In this document: positions 9,093 to 19,488 of the stretch, piece by piece
Position numbering within the stretch: position 1 is the stretch's first letter
Layout: every line of letters begins with the position of its first letter
Translations under genes and position numbers: made by a program
The notes under the pieces: generated by a model
The model's input: the letters and a program-made list of their open reading frames with translations, nothing else
Told to the model about the DNA's origin: nothing
Databases searched by the model: none
Sequence record: PP213477.1
Length of the DNA stretch: 47,926 nt
Reading direction: 5' to 3' (one strand)
DNA from: Escherichia phage vB_Eco_ZCEC08

Positions 9093-9579
9093 TGTGATGC
9101 ATTCTCCTGAATTCTTTTATTTTTGCTTCTGCTTCTCTTATGTCGGAAAAGTAACCAACTGTGAATCTTTTGCCATTTACTCCAACTCTTGCATGCCACT
9201 TGTTGTGCGATGAACTCCAGTTAACCCCCTTGATACCGCTAGTGTTGTTTTTGTTCATTGCTTTGTTGTGGCTATTCTCAAATTTGCTGGCCTCCCTTAA
9301 ATTGCACGCCCTGTTGTCATTGCGAATGCCATTAATGTGGTCAATCATTTCACTTGCTGGCGCGCCATGAATGCATATCCATGCCAATCTGTGAGCAAGA
9401 AAAGCCCTACCGCAAAGAATTATTTGCACATATCCATCTGGCTTTAAGTAGCCAGCCACACTCCCTTTTTCTGCAATCCTATTCCTTGTCTTTAGCCATT
9501 TAAATTCCCCAGTTAGTGGATTGTAGTAAAGGTAACTCAATATAAACTCCCTACTCGGCTCATCTCTCCTATGCCTCAT
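9067..9579 (-). CDS. HNH homing endonuclease (AP2-domain type), paralogue 1
   Basis: HRLAW..., IDHINGIRNDNRACNLREAS, GVNWSSSHNKWHARV; paralogous to 10322..10861 and 47414..47926. Confidence 0.7.
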   Translation of the reverse strand: MRHRRDEPSREFILSYLYYNPLTGEFKWLKTRNRIAEKGSVAGYLKPDGYVQIILCGRAFLAHRLAWICIHGAPASEMIDHINGIRNDNRACNLREASKFENSHNKAMNKNNTSGIKGVNWSSSHNKWHARVGVNGKRFTVGYFSDIREAEAKIKEFRRMHHNEFTNHGR

Positions 9580-9782
9580 TTCTCATCCTCTTTCATTGTC
9601 ACCCTATTATTCTCGTCAACACTGAAGTTGGCCCGAATCAAATCATACATATCTTCCTTAGGCATATCAGCCAGCGCCACATAGCAACGGGCGAAGTAGC
9701 GAACATCACGGAGTGTCAGCGGTTGTCGCTTCTCCACAATGCTGGTGATAATGCCCATCGGCTCGCGTCGTGGTCTTGGCAT
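9576..9782 (-). CDS. hypothetical protein (68 aa)
   Basis: ORF track; first gene of the minus operon. Confidence 0.45.
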   Translation of the reverse strand: MPRPRREPMGIITSIVEKRQPLTLRDVRYFARCYVALADMPKEDMYDLIRANFSVDENNRVTMKEDEK

Positions 9783-9808
9783 ATTTACTACTCCTTCTCG
9801 AAAAACAT

Positions 9809-9853
9809 CTTGACGTTTCTACATCATTTAGTCAATACTTGTTGACGTAGATT
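9809..9853. promoter_or_regulatory. divergent regulatory region with inverted TCTACATCA / TGACGTAGA motifs
   Basis: CTTGACGTTTCTACATCATTTAGTCAATACTTGTTGACGTAGATTG between divergent genes. Confidence 0.3.
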
Positions 9854-9881
9854 GTACCACAACGGAAAAGGTGATGTGGAA

Positions 9882-10079
9882 ATGCGATACAAAGAAATAG
9901 CAGCGAGATACCAGAAGGAAGTTCGCGAGGTTATGGAAATCCTTAACGTTCGCGAGGATACCATTAAGTTTGTGGAAACCGCCATGTGTTCACTGGCGCT
10001 TGAAGCGGAGGTTGCGGGTCGTGAAAAGGCTGACGAACTTATATCTGCGGTGGTTTATAGTTCAACCAGTAACGGTTGA
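9882..10079 (+). CDS. hypothetical protein
   Basis: internal ATG (residue 11 of ORF 9852..10079) after AAAGGTGA. Confidence 0.45.
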   Translation: MRYKEIAARYQKEVREVMEILNVREDTIKFVETAMCSLALEAEVAGREKADELISAVVYSSTSNG

Positions 10080-10139
10080 AGATGAAGGTTATCTGTGCGT
10101 TGAGCACGTTGTTATCAAATTCTACGGGAGAAATTATAA

Positions 10140-10334
10140 ATGGCGCATGACGAACTGTACGAAGAATCGTTAATCCAGAGGTTGAATGAAGTTGAGCGCA
10201 CTCGCGAATGGCTGGAGTGCGAGTTACGAGAAGTGCGCAACCGCCTGCAACGCAAGCGCAGTCAGCAAAGAGATGTCATCGACTGGTCTGGGGGTACACC
10301 TAAATTTAACAATCTGGGAGAATGGTTGAAATGA
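10140..10334 (+). CDS. hypothetical protein (64 aa)
   Basis: ORF track. Confidence 0.4.
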   Translation: MAHDELYEESLIQRLNEVERTREWLECELREVRNRLQRKRSQQRDVIDWSGGTPKFNNLGEWLK

Positions 10335-10861
10335 GCAACATTAGTCAGGAAAGCATTTTAAAGTTCCTCCAGTATGATGAAAATACAGGAAACTTTCTAT
10401 GGATTGATAATTTCTCAAGAAAATCAAAGAAAGGGAAGGTGGCTGGAGGTATTACATCGCATGGGTATTGGAGAATTCAACTCCCCATCGGGAGGTTTTA
10501 CGCACACAGAATGGCGTGGATTGTTTGCAATGGAGATATACCAAACGGATATGAGATTGATCACATAAATGGGAACAAGAAAGATAATCGCATCAGCAAC
10601 CTAAGATTGGTCACAAGAGGTCAAAATGTTATGAATGTAGGCGTGAAAAACAATAATACAAGCGGAGTTAAGGATGTTGTTTGGGACTCTTCGCGAGAAA
10701 GGTGGGGGGTTCAAATTACAGCCAATGGCAAGCATTATTATGGAGGTAGATTCTCGTCAATAACACAAGCAAAAGAGGAGAGGAACAGGCTCATAAAGAT
10801 GGTTCACGGGAAATTTTTGAATACAAAAGGTGAGCAATATGACACTACTAATGAACGATGA
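10322..10861 (+). CDS. HNH homing endonuclease (AP2-domain type), paralogue 2
   Basis: HRMAW..., IDHINGNKKDNRISNLRLVT, GVKDVVWDSSRERWGVQI. Confidence 0.7.
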   Translation: MVEMSNISQESILKFLQYDENTGNFLWIDNFSRKSKKGKVAGGITSHGYWRIQLPIGRFYAHRMAWIVCNGDIPNGYEIDHINGNKKDNRISNLRLVTRGQNVMNVGVKNNNTSGVKDVVWDSSRERWGVQITANGKHYYGGRFSSITQAKEERNRLIKMVHGKFLNTKGEQYDTTNER

Positions 10862-11075
10862 GAAATTACTTGAATGCCCGTTTTGTGGTTGTGATGACGT
10901 AAGTGTTATTGATGACGGCGAATGGTTGCACGTTGAGTGCGGAGATTGTTTTTGCCGCACTGACTCGTATTGCTGCGCATCCACGGCAATGAAGAAATGG
11001 AACACAAGAGGTGGACACCTCTACACTTCCGACGACTTCAATCAGGCAGCAGAGGAGCGCGATTATGGATTATAA
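10830..11075 (+). CDS. Lar-like restriction alleviation protein (zinc ribbon)
   Basis: N-terminal LLECPFCGCDD...C..C pattern typical of the Lar family; exact start uncertain. Confidence 0.45.
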   Translation: MSNMTLLMNDEKLLECPFCGCDDVSVIDDGEWLHVECGDCFCRTDSYCCASTAMKKWNTRGGHLYTSDDFNQAAEERDYGL

Positions 11076-11553
11076 ATCACAAATCATGCGCGTGATTGTC
11101 AATCATCCAGGGGCAACGCGTGCATATATTGAAAAGCATTGCGGAGGTAAGCATTCAAGCACCACAACGCACCGTTTACATGAGATGCTTGCGCTTGGAT
11201 TCATTCGTCGAGAGAAGTCCGTGATTCGTGGTGGTAAGTGGCAGTATAAGTATTTCATCTCTGAGGATGCAGCAGGTATTGATGATGCGATTAAGTGCCA
11301 TTTGCTTGATAACGCTGGCGCAGAGGTGAAAGAAATCAGTGCAGCCACTGACCTTGATTACCGAATTGTAAAAAGCCGCATCCGCATTATGTTTCATAAC
11401 GGTGATGTGACGCGAAGCTATGACCACCACAAGAAGCTGTGGCGTTACTCATGGAAGGAGCAGGAAGTAAATATGAGCAATCTGTTTAATTCACTTCTTC
11501 GCAGCGCAAGAGGTCATTATGGGAAAAGCGAAACGCAAGAAGCAGGAGTATGA
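11065..11553 (+). CDS. hypothetical protein
   Basis: internal ATG (residue 19 of ORF 11011..11553) overlapping upstream stop. Confidence 0.5.
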   Translation: MDYKSQIMRVIVNHPGATRAYIEKHCGGKHSSTTTHRLHEMLALGFIRREKSVIRGGKWQYKYFISEDAAGIDDAIKCHLLDNAGAEVKEISAATDLDYRIVKSRIRIMFHNGDVTRSYDHHKKLWRYSWKEQEVNMSNLFNSLLRSARGHYGKSETQEAGV

Positions 11554-11678
11554 GCAATTACCGCCATGCAAAATGTCAGGAATGCCGCAACAGGAGGATG
11601 TGATTCTCACCGAAGCTGAGTGGCGCAAGGTGGCGAGGGTGCAAATCATGTTCCGCAAACTTGCTGAGGATGTACTAA

Positions 11679-12083
11679 ATGAGATGGGCTATTAAGCATA
11701 AATCTGGCAGAACTCTGTTTGTGACATCAGATGAGTTTATTGCCAATAACCGTAAAGAGATGGGCTGGATAGTGGAGGAAGTGAAGATGACGAGTAGAGA
11801 GCAGTTTGAAAAAGAAATGAGTGACAAGTATGAGTGGTTCAGTGATGCGATCGCTTGTGCTGATTTTTGCGGTGACGATGATGATGGCTACTATGTTGGC
11901 GGTGATTACCTCTATTATGGGAAGTCATGTTCAGAGGCTTTGTTTTGGTTATGGCGAGGATGGCAGGCATCGCGCGCAGCAATTGAGATTCAAGCGTGTC
12001 CATGTCCAAACGATCATGGCCCGAATGTTGATGACCATTATCGCGAGCAAATTAATAACGCAGGCTTAAAGGTGAAAAAATGA
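11679..12083 (+). CDS. hypothetical protein (134 aa)
   Basis: ORF track. Confidence 0.5.
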   Translation: MRWAIKHKSGRTLFVTSDEFIANNRKEMGWIVEEVKMTSREQFEKEMSDKYEWFSDAIACADFCGDDDDGYYVGGDYLYYGKSCSEALFWLWRGWQASRAAIEIQACPCPNDHGPNVDDHYREQINNAGLKVKK

Positions 12084-12406
12084 TTATCCAGTTAAACGAC
12101 ATCATGAAAGCAGATATCATTCAGCTTGAAGATTATGACATGCAACTGGCGTTTGAAATCGAAACTGTCGAGCGTCAACTGCAGTATGCTGATAAGAAGA
12201 ATGATCGCGTCTGGCACGAGAAAGCACTTAAGGCGCGCGACCACATGAAGCGCACGCGAGCACTCATTAAAACTCGTCTTGATAAGCTATATTTTGGCGA
12301 AGAGCGAATGCTGCATGGCGCTATACTGGCGCAAATCCGCAAGGAAATGCCGATTGGTAAGTTTATGACATACGTTCATCGCGCAAAGCAGGAGGCTGGG
12401 TTATGA
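12080..12406 (+). CDS. hypothetical protein (108 aa)
   Basis: ORF track; ATGA overlap with upstream gene. Confidence 0.5.
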   Translation: MIIQLNDIMKADIIQLEDYDMQLAFEIETVERQLQYADKKNDRVWHEKALKARDHMKRTRALIKTRLDKLYFGEERMLHGAILAQIRKEMPIGKFMTYVHRAKQEAGL

Positions 12407-12516
12407 TGGACTTCCTGAACTGGTTCGCTGACCACTGGATTTTAACTTTATTCTCCTGCTATTTATTATTTGCTGGCCTAGAGGAATTGATTAGAGCATG
12501 GAGGGGGAAGCCATGA
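12403..12516 (+). CDS. small hydrophobic peptide (37 aa)
   Basis: hand-translated MMDFLNWFADHWILTLFSCYLLFAGL...; overlaps upstream stop. Confidence 0.3.
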   Translation: MMDFLNWFADHWILTLFSCYLLFAGLEELIRAWRGKP

Positions 12517-12659
12517 TTCCATTACTGTTGATATTATCAGCCTACGCATTCGCGCGGGTATTTGAGGCCGATACTCTGTACCAGATGATTTGTTATGGCG
12601 CGCTGTTCTGCCTATCAGGTGCTGCGCTTGCATTTATGGATGATGTGATTTCAGAATAA
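12513..12659 (+). CDS. small hydrophobic peptide (48 aa)
   Basis: hand-translated MIPLLLILSAYAFARVF...GALFCLSGAALAF; ATGA overlap. Confidence 0.3.
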   Translation: MIPLLLILSAYAFARVFEADTLYQMICYGALFCLSGAALAFMDDVISE

Positions 12660-12714
12660 CTCCGTATATCTTTTGTTCATCATGGGCTGCTATCATTTAA
12701 TCAGGAGGTAGCCC

Positions 12715-12837
12715 ATGAACATAATCCCTATCACTTACTTTCTCACGCTATACGCACTCACCAATTCGCCATTGTTTGCACTGGCTACCGCCTCGTGGTG
12801 CTATATCTCCCTGTGTTATAATTCGACCACAAACTAA
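12715..12837 (+). CDS. small hydrophobic peptide (40 aa)
   Basis: hand-translated MNIIPITYFLTLYALTNSPLFALATASW...; AGGAGG upstream. Confidence 0.3.
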   Translation: MNIIPITYFLTLYALTNSPLFALATASWCYISLCYNSTTN

Positions 12838-12852
12838 CCGTGGAGCTACGCG

Positions 12853-14606
<1,754 letters not shown>

Positions 14607-14608
14607 TA

Positions 14609-15682
14609 ATGGAAAAGATTATTTTTACCAAAGACCTGGTAGCCAACTCCGCAGTGGTGGCTGACCAGTGGAAACATCTCACCATCGACCGCAAGGTGTT
14701 CTGCAACGCAGAAGCTGAGCTGGCGAAAACTTACGGTGTTAACGCCACTGCACTGGTAACGAAAGATTACTGGCGCGACGTGGATAACGTCACCACCCGC
14801 GTTTTCCGTAACGAAGCTGGTCAGGACATGATGGCCGACCTGATGGGCATCGCGGCAAACATCAATATCGGTAAGACTGTAGCAATCAGCCGCATTGCTT
14901 CCGATGCTGGTAAGGTCGTCCGCACCCTGTCTGGTCAGGAGCCGGAAGATTTGGATAAAACTCGCTACGATTACACTGGCGATGTGATTCCAATCTTCAA
15001 GACTGGCTACAGCCGCGAATGGCGTGAACTGCTGGGTATGCAGTCTGAAGGTTTTGACCCACTGCTGGACGATCAGGCTAACGTTACCTTTAACCTGCGT
15101 TCCGACATGGCGCAGTACCTGCTGACTGGCGACCAGACCCTGAACGTGAACGGCGTTTACACTGGTTACGGTATCACCAACCACCCGAACACTATTCAGG
15201 TTAACCTGAATGCTTCCGGCGGCCTGAATATCGACCTGCAAACCGCAACACCAGATGAAATCGTGACCTTCTTCAATCAGGATTTCCAGGCTATTCTTGA
15301 TGCGCAGAACGTATTTGAGCAGGTGACTCTGTGGGTTTCCCCGGCAGTGCGTCGCAGCTTCATGCGTCCGTATTCTGATGCAGCAGGCTTCAAAGGCGGC
15401 ACAGTTGAGCAGTACATCACGCAGTTCGGCAATGGTCGCATCGGCAAGATTGGCACCAACTTCCTGCTGACTGGTAACCATTTCGTTGGCTATGTTCGCA
15501 ACGACATGTACATCCGTCCGCGTGTTGCTCAGCCTGTCTCCACCTATGCGGCGGCACGTGTCAACCCGCACGATAACTTCAACTTCCTCGTGTGGTCAGC
15601 TTTTGGGCTTCAGGTGAGACGCGATTTTGCAGGGAAGTCAAAAGTGTTTAATGGTTACGGGACGCAAACACCATTGGCTTAA
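14609..15682 (+). CDS. major capsid protein
   Basis: 357 aa; position after scaffold/decoration genes; followed by a strong terminator. Confidence 0.7.
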   Translation: MEKIIFTKDLVANSAVVADQWKHLTIDRKVFCNAEAELAKTYGVNATALVTKDYWRDVDNVTTRVFRNEAGQDMMADLMGIAANINIGKTVAISRIASDAGKVVRTLSGQEPEDLDKTRYDYTGDVIPIFKTGYSREWRELLGMQSEGFDPLLDDQANVTFNLRSDMAQYLLTGDQTLNVNGVYTGYGITNHPNTIQVNLNASGGLNIDLQTATPDEIVTFFNQDFQAILDAQNVFEQVTLWVSPAVRRSFMRPYSDAAGFKGGTVEQYITQFGNGRIGKIGTNFLLTGNHFVGYVRNDMYIRPRVAQPVSTYAAARVNPHDNFNFLVWSAFGLQVRRDFAGKSKVFNGYGTQTPLA

Positions 15683-15689
15683 GATGTAA

Positions 15690-15718
15690 TTTAAAGGGGG
15701 CATCAGCCCCCTTCTTTA
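15690..15718. terminator. bidirectional rho-independent terminator
   Basis: GGGGGC-ATCA-GCCCCC then TTCTTTAT; stop of the convergent minus gene lies in the loop. Confidence 0.5.
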
Positions 15719-16518
15719 TACCTGATTTCACCATACACCATGTATTGCAGCATGTAGCAGAATTCCCATTGCGTCATATCCTTGCGCAGCCACTTTCTGT
15801 TTTTCTTCCAGTTGAACTCTGCCGGCTCAGCTTTGAGGTTATGTAGTGAATTCACCAGCTCTGGGTAGACAAGGTTGTTTTTTACAAACCAGTCCACTGG
15901 AAGTATGTGATCTATATGCCAGCAACTACGGTTATCAAAGCTCATCCATGGCTCCATAGTTGACTCTATGTGTTTTATAAAATCACTTTTTGTATAACCA
16001 AGCACATCATCAACGGTTTTATCAATGACAACGTCGGACAACCTCATATCAATTCTTTCAAGCATCTTCCTTAGGAACACGTGGTGGGGGTGTTTCTTTT
16101 GCCATTGCTTGACGTTATCCAGAGCCTTTTTGTTGCCTTTCTCAGAGTAATACCATTTACGGTACGCATCCCTTCTTCTTCTGAGAAATTCCTCCATCTT
16201 TTTTATGTCTGAGCTTAATCTTTTTTTGTATTTCTTGTGAAACTCCCTATCTCTCTCTTTCTTCATTGCCTTGAATTCTGGATTGTTTTTATTTTTTAAC
16301 CACTCTTCTTTGTTTTTCTGCCTCATCTTTTCTTTGTATTCAGTAGTAGACCTTCTTGCTCTTGTTCTTTCGTATACGCAATGCTTGCATCCTCCTGATG
16401 CTGTAAAAAACACAGTTCCACCGCATACAGAGCATGGAACCCATTCGCATACAAATTGCTTCAATCCAGCAACCCTTGCTTCTTGCGCAGCTTCTTTTCT
16501 TGTCTTCATAAAAGTCAC
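15703..16518 (-). CDS. HNH-like nuclease with N-terminal zinc ribbon
   Basis: CxxC...CxxC at N-terminus, lysine-rich middle, C-terminal WHIDHILP...LHNLKA...N motif. Confidence 0.45.
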   Translation of the reverse strand: MTFMKTRKEAAQEARVAGLKQFVCEWVPCSVCGGTVFFTASGGCKHCVYERTRARRSTTEYKEKMRQKNKEEWLKNKNNPEFKAMKKERDREFHKKYKKRLSSDIKKMEEFLRRRRDAYRKWYYSEKGNKKALDNVKQWQKKHPHHVFLRKMLERIDMRLSDVVIDKTVDDVLGYTKSDFIKHIESTMEPWMSFDNRSCWHIDHILPVDWFVKNNLVYPELVNSLHNLKAEPAEFNWKKNRKWLRKDMTQWEFCYMLQYMVYGEIRYKEGG

Positions 16519-16596
16519 TCCTAATTTGGTTTTATATTACTACAGGTGTAATGAGTGTGCTACAATTAATCAGCATTAACTCACGAGGATATTTAA

Positions 16597-16794
16597 ATGG
16601 CTAAATACGAAGTCATCGCACGCGGAATCTTTGTTAAAGAGAAGGGAAAGATTCGTGAATTGCAGCTTGGCGAGGTGATTACCGAACCAGACGAGCATCT
16701 GCTACCAAAACTGCGCATCATGCCAGAGCTGGAAAAGTCTTTCGAAGTCGCAACCCCACAACAAAAGACGACAAAGAAAAAGAAAGCAGAGTAA
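16597..16794 (+). CDS. hypothetical protein (65 aa)
   Basis: ORF track; own terminator downstream. Confidence 0.45.
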   Translation: MAKYEVIARGIFVKEKGKIRELQLGEVITEPDEHLLPKLRIMPELEKSFEVATPQQKTTKKKKAE

Positions 16795-16799
16795 ACTGA

Positions 16800-16826
16800 A
16801 CCCGCATTATGCGGGTTTTTTATTTG
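16800..16826 (+). terminator. rho-independent terminator
   Basis: ACCCGCA-TTAT-GCGGGT followed by TTTTTTATTT. Confidence 0.55.
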
Positions 16827-16949
16827 GATCTTCTATGACTGTAAGATGAGACATAGCTTATTCGCATAACATCACTTGATACTGCGGTGCAGAATATCAA
16901 TGCGTATGTCTCGTGGTTTGAGGATGATACTTATCTTGCGTGATAAAAG

Positions 16950-16976
16950 AAAAGCCCCGTAAAGGGGCTTTTTATT
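16950..16976. terminator. bidirectional rho-independent terminator
   Basis: AAAAGCCCC-GTAA-AGGGGCTTTTT; ends the minus operon 20130->16978. Confidence 0.55.
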
Positions 16977-16977
16977 G

Positions 16978-17514
16978 CTACAGAAGCATAGGCATAACAA
17001 CAATCTTCGCAGTCTCACCAGATGGCGCATTAAGACAGCAAACTGCGGCATTTGTGTTTCCATTCAGTTCAATTTTGACGCCACAGAATTTAGGATTAAA
17101 CAGCTTCGCCACTTTCTCGATATCCACGAGATAACCAGCATTGAAGCCAATTTTCTCTGCTGCTTTCGTTTCCTTTGGTATAACGCGATCAATATCAGGG
17201 AATCGTCCGTCAATCTCTTCGCAGATACCAGCGCCAACAATCACACCAGCTTCATCATAATACGTTGCAATTTTCGACTTTGTATCAATGATGGCGTAGT
17301 CATAGCGTTTTGTTGGTGACTTGCCAATCTTGATAATCACATTTTCTGTCAGCTTATTGTCATGGCTTCCGCCAATGAATGCGCGATGACCGTCAGTTGA
17401 TGCAATGCGACCATCAGGCATAAAGCAGATGCCATTCAGGTAGTAGCGCACATCATTGCGCGCCTGAAATATTAATGCTGACTCAAGTAATAGTTTGCTT
17501 ATTTTTAGTTTCAT
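16978..17514 (-). CDS. DNA polymerase III beta-clamp (DnaN) single-domain homologue
   Basis: motifs TDGHRAF, FPDIDRVIP and C-terminal VVMPMLL resemble the DnaN C-terminal domain (TDGHRLA, FPDY.RV.P, MPMRL); only about 179 aa. Confidence 0.5.
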   Translation of the reverse strand: MKLKISKLLLESALIFQARNDVRYYLNGICFMPDGRIASTDGHRAFIGGSHDNKLTENVIIKIGKSPTKRYDYAIIDTKSKIATYYDEAGVIVGAGICEEIDGRFPDIDRVIPKETKAAEKIGFNAGYLVDIEKVAKLFNPKFCGVKIELNGNTNAAVCCLNAPSGETAKIVVMPMLL

Positions 17515-17687
17515 CACTTCACCTTAATCATATGCTGTTTTGCAACCTTCAGGCACTCTTCGAAAATGCCTCCCTTCTTAGCGCTCTGATTGCGCTTGTA
17601 ATACTGAATCGCCGCATCAATTGCCATCTGGTCAATGTCAGGCAGCTTGTTGCGAAGTTGTTTTTCAATGAATTGTTCTGGTGTCAT
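17514..17687 (-). CDS. small hypothetical protein (57 aa)
   Basis: hand-translated MTPEQFIEKQLRNKLPDIDQMAIDAAIQYYKRNQ...; couples methyltransferase and clamp-like genes. Confidence 0.3.
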   Translation of the reverse strand: MTPEQFIEKQLRNKLPDIDQMAIDAAIQYYKRNQSAKKGGIFEECLKVAKQHMIKVK

Positions 17688-18487
17688 TAAACGGACCTCA
17701 TGAATGCTTTAATGAATTCTGCTGCGACTTGTGGAACTATGGCATTACCATAACCGCGCAATCGTCCCACTCTTGCGGATACCCCATGAGTTGCCTCGCA
17801 AAATCCGCCTGGTATGACTCTAGTTTCCTTATCTGCTCCATGGTTGGGTTTCCATGAATCCCATAAACATGAAGCCACATCTGGCGATAAAGAGTATCGT
17901 TCCTGAATTTCCCGTCCTTTCTGTAAAATGACTTGCTGAGATTCCCGTAATCCTTCCATCCTCGCGCCGTTGGTGTCGCCCATCCTCGCGCCAAAGATGA
18001 TTCTTTTCCTTTCCTGTGGAGAGCCGACGCTGCAAGCTGGCAATACTGACGCCCCGCAGGCGTAGCCTTTGTCTTCCAGGTTAAGGAATACAAAATCGAG
18101 CCAGTGCTTCCCAATTGCTGCTGCAACCTGCTCTCCAAACAGCAATTCAGGCTTGCACTCTCTGATGAGCCTGAGAAATGCTGGGGCAAGGTGTCGATCG
18201 TCGTCAAATCCGAGAGACTTACCGGCAACGCTAAACGGCTGGCAAGGTGGTGATCCTGTCCAGAGTCGAGTGCTTTCTGGTATTCCTGCCAGCTGGAGTG
18301 CAAGGGGCCACCCTCCGATTCCGGCAAAGAAGTGACACTGTGTAAATCCTTCCAGGTCTGAAGGGGTGACTTCGGTGATTGATCGTTCATCGACATATCC
18401 GTAAGGAATTAGTTTATTGTTAATTAATTCACGCAGCCATGCCGCTGCGCCCTTGTCCCACTCATTGTAATAGTGGACCATCATCAC
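17687..18487 (-). CDS. DNA (cytosine-5) methyltransferase
   Basis: motif I FFAGIGG, motif IV PPCQPFSVAGK, GEQV (ENV-like) motif. Confidence 0.8.
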   Translation of the reverse strand: MMMVHYYNEWDKGAAAWLRELINNKLIPYGYVDERSITEVTPSDLEGFTQCHFFAGIGGWPLALQLAGIPESTRLWTGSPPCQPFSVAGKSLGFDDDRHLAPAFLRLIRECKPELLFGEQVAAAIGKHWLDFVFLNLEDKGYACGASVLPACSVGSPQERKRIIFGARMGDTNGARMEGLRESQQVILQKGREIQERYSLSPDVASCLWDSWKPNHGADKETRVIPGGFCEATHGVSARVGRLRGYGNAIVPQVAAEFIKAFMRSV

Positions 18488-19293
18488 ATCTTCTCCAGAA
18501 TTGCCATCACCTCGTGAATATCAGCAACAGGAATCTTGATAAACTCCTCATTCTCTGCCACTACATGACCAGCAAGAAGAATAACGTGGTCAGCTGGCTT
18601 CAGTAACTCAATCAGTCGGTCTACTGGCTTAATCTTTTTCGACTTAAGCACCTTCGCCGTTACCTTATCCTTGCCTTGCGCCTTCGCTTCTTCGACTGCC
18701 TCGTCGATAACTTTAACCGCATCATCGCCATGTTCGCGAGTTACTGCTACGGCATTTGCATAGCTGATTTGCCCTGCACTGATTCGCGCTTTTACTTCGG
18801 CTGGCACATCACCCAGTGACAGGTGCATCTGCACGTCAGAAACTGAGCGCCCTACCTTCTTGGCGATTTCCTCGTTGGTCCAGCCAAAACCCTTCAGTCG
18901 CGTGTAAGCCTTTGCGCGTTCAAACGGGTCAAGCTGCTTACCCTGACTGGACGACACCATGAAGGCGATTTTATCTGCTTCGCCTCCTGTGAAATCCTTG
19001 CACTCAATACGAACAATTGGTGCGCCACGCTCAATGGCACGCAATGCGCCTAGATAGCGATGCTGACCATCAAGAATGCGGATTCCCTTCTCATCAGGAA
19101 TAACTGTTAATGCTGGTAATGGCTGACCTGATTCCCAGCACTGCGCGAAATACTCCACATGCTGCTCGTCTGCTTCGCGGATGTTGTATCCCGGCTCCAG
19201 ATAGATTTGCTCCACTGGCACGAGATAGGTTTTGTTAACAGCGATTCCGTTGCGCGTTTCTTTGTCTGAATAGATTTTGCTAAGTGTTTTCAT
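18484..19293 (-). CDS. ParB-like nuclease domain protein
   Basis: ILDGQHRY (ParB/Srx DGxHR motif) plus helix-turn-helix-like TNEEIAKKVGRSVSDV; start moved to residue 32 (MKTLSK). Confidence 0.65.
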   Translation of the reverse strand: MKTLSKIYSDKETRNGIAVNKTYLVPVEQIYLEPGYNIREADEQHVEYFAQCWESGQPLPALTVIPDEKGIRILDGQHRYLGALRAIERGAPIVRIECKDFTGGEADKIAFMVSSSQGKQLDPFERAKAYTRLKGFGWTNEEIAKKVGRSVSDVQMHLSLGDVPAEVKARISAGQISYANAVAVTREHGDDAVKVIDEAVEEAKAQGKDKVTAKVLKSKKIKPVDRLIELLKPADHVILLAGHVVAENEEFIKIPVADIHEVMAILEKM

Positions 19294-19294
19294 A

Positions 19295-19486
19295 TCATTC
19301 ACCACTTTCTTCCAATAATTGCTCGTAATATGCGACGTACTCATTAGCAAGATGGTACAGGCGCTCAGCAGACTTGCGTTCTGCATTACTTAAGTCACCA
19401 ATAGACTCAATGTTGCCAATTGCATCAACACAATCATTGAAGTCTTGCTCTGTATTACGAAATCGACAGTAGGACATGTTTGCCAT
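19295..19486 (-). CDS. hypothetical protein (63 aa)
   Basis: ORF track. Confidence 0.4.
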   Translation of the reverse strand: MANMSYCRFRNTEQDFNDCVDAIGNIESIGDLSNAERKSAERLYHLANEYVAYYEQLLEESGE

Positions 19487-19488
19487 GA

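Noticed and set aside
17737-18396. Alternative-frame ORFs within the methyltransferase gene (17737..18396, 17829..18035, 18069..18335)
   Set aside because: The frame carrying the FFAGIGG and PCQPFSVAGK motifs is clearly the real one.
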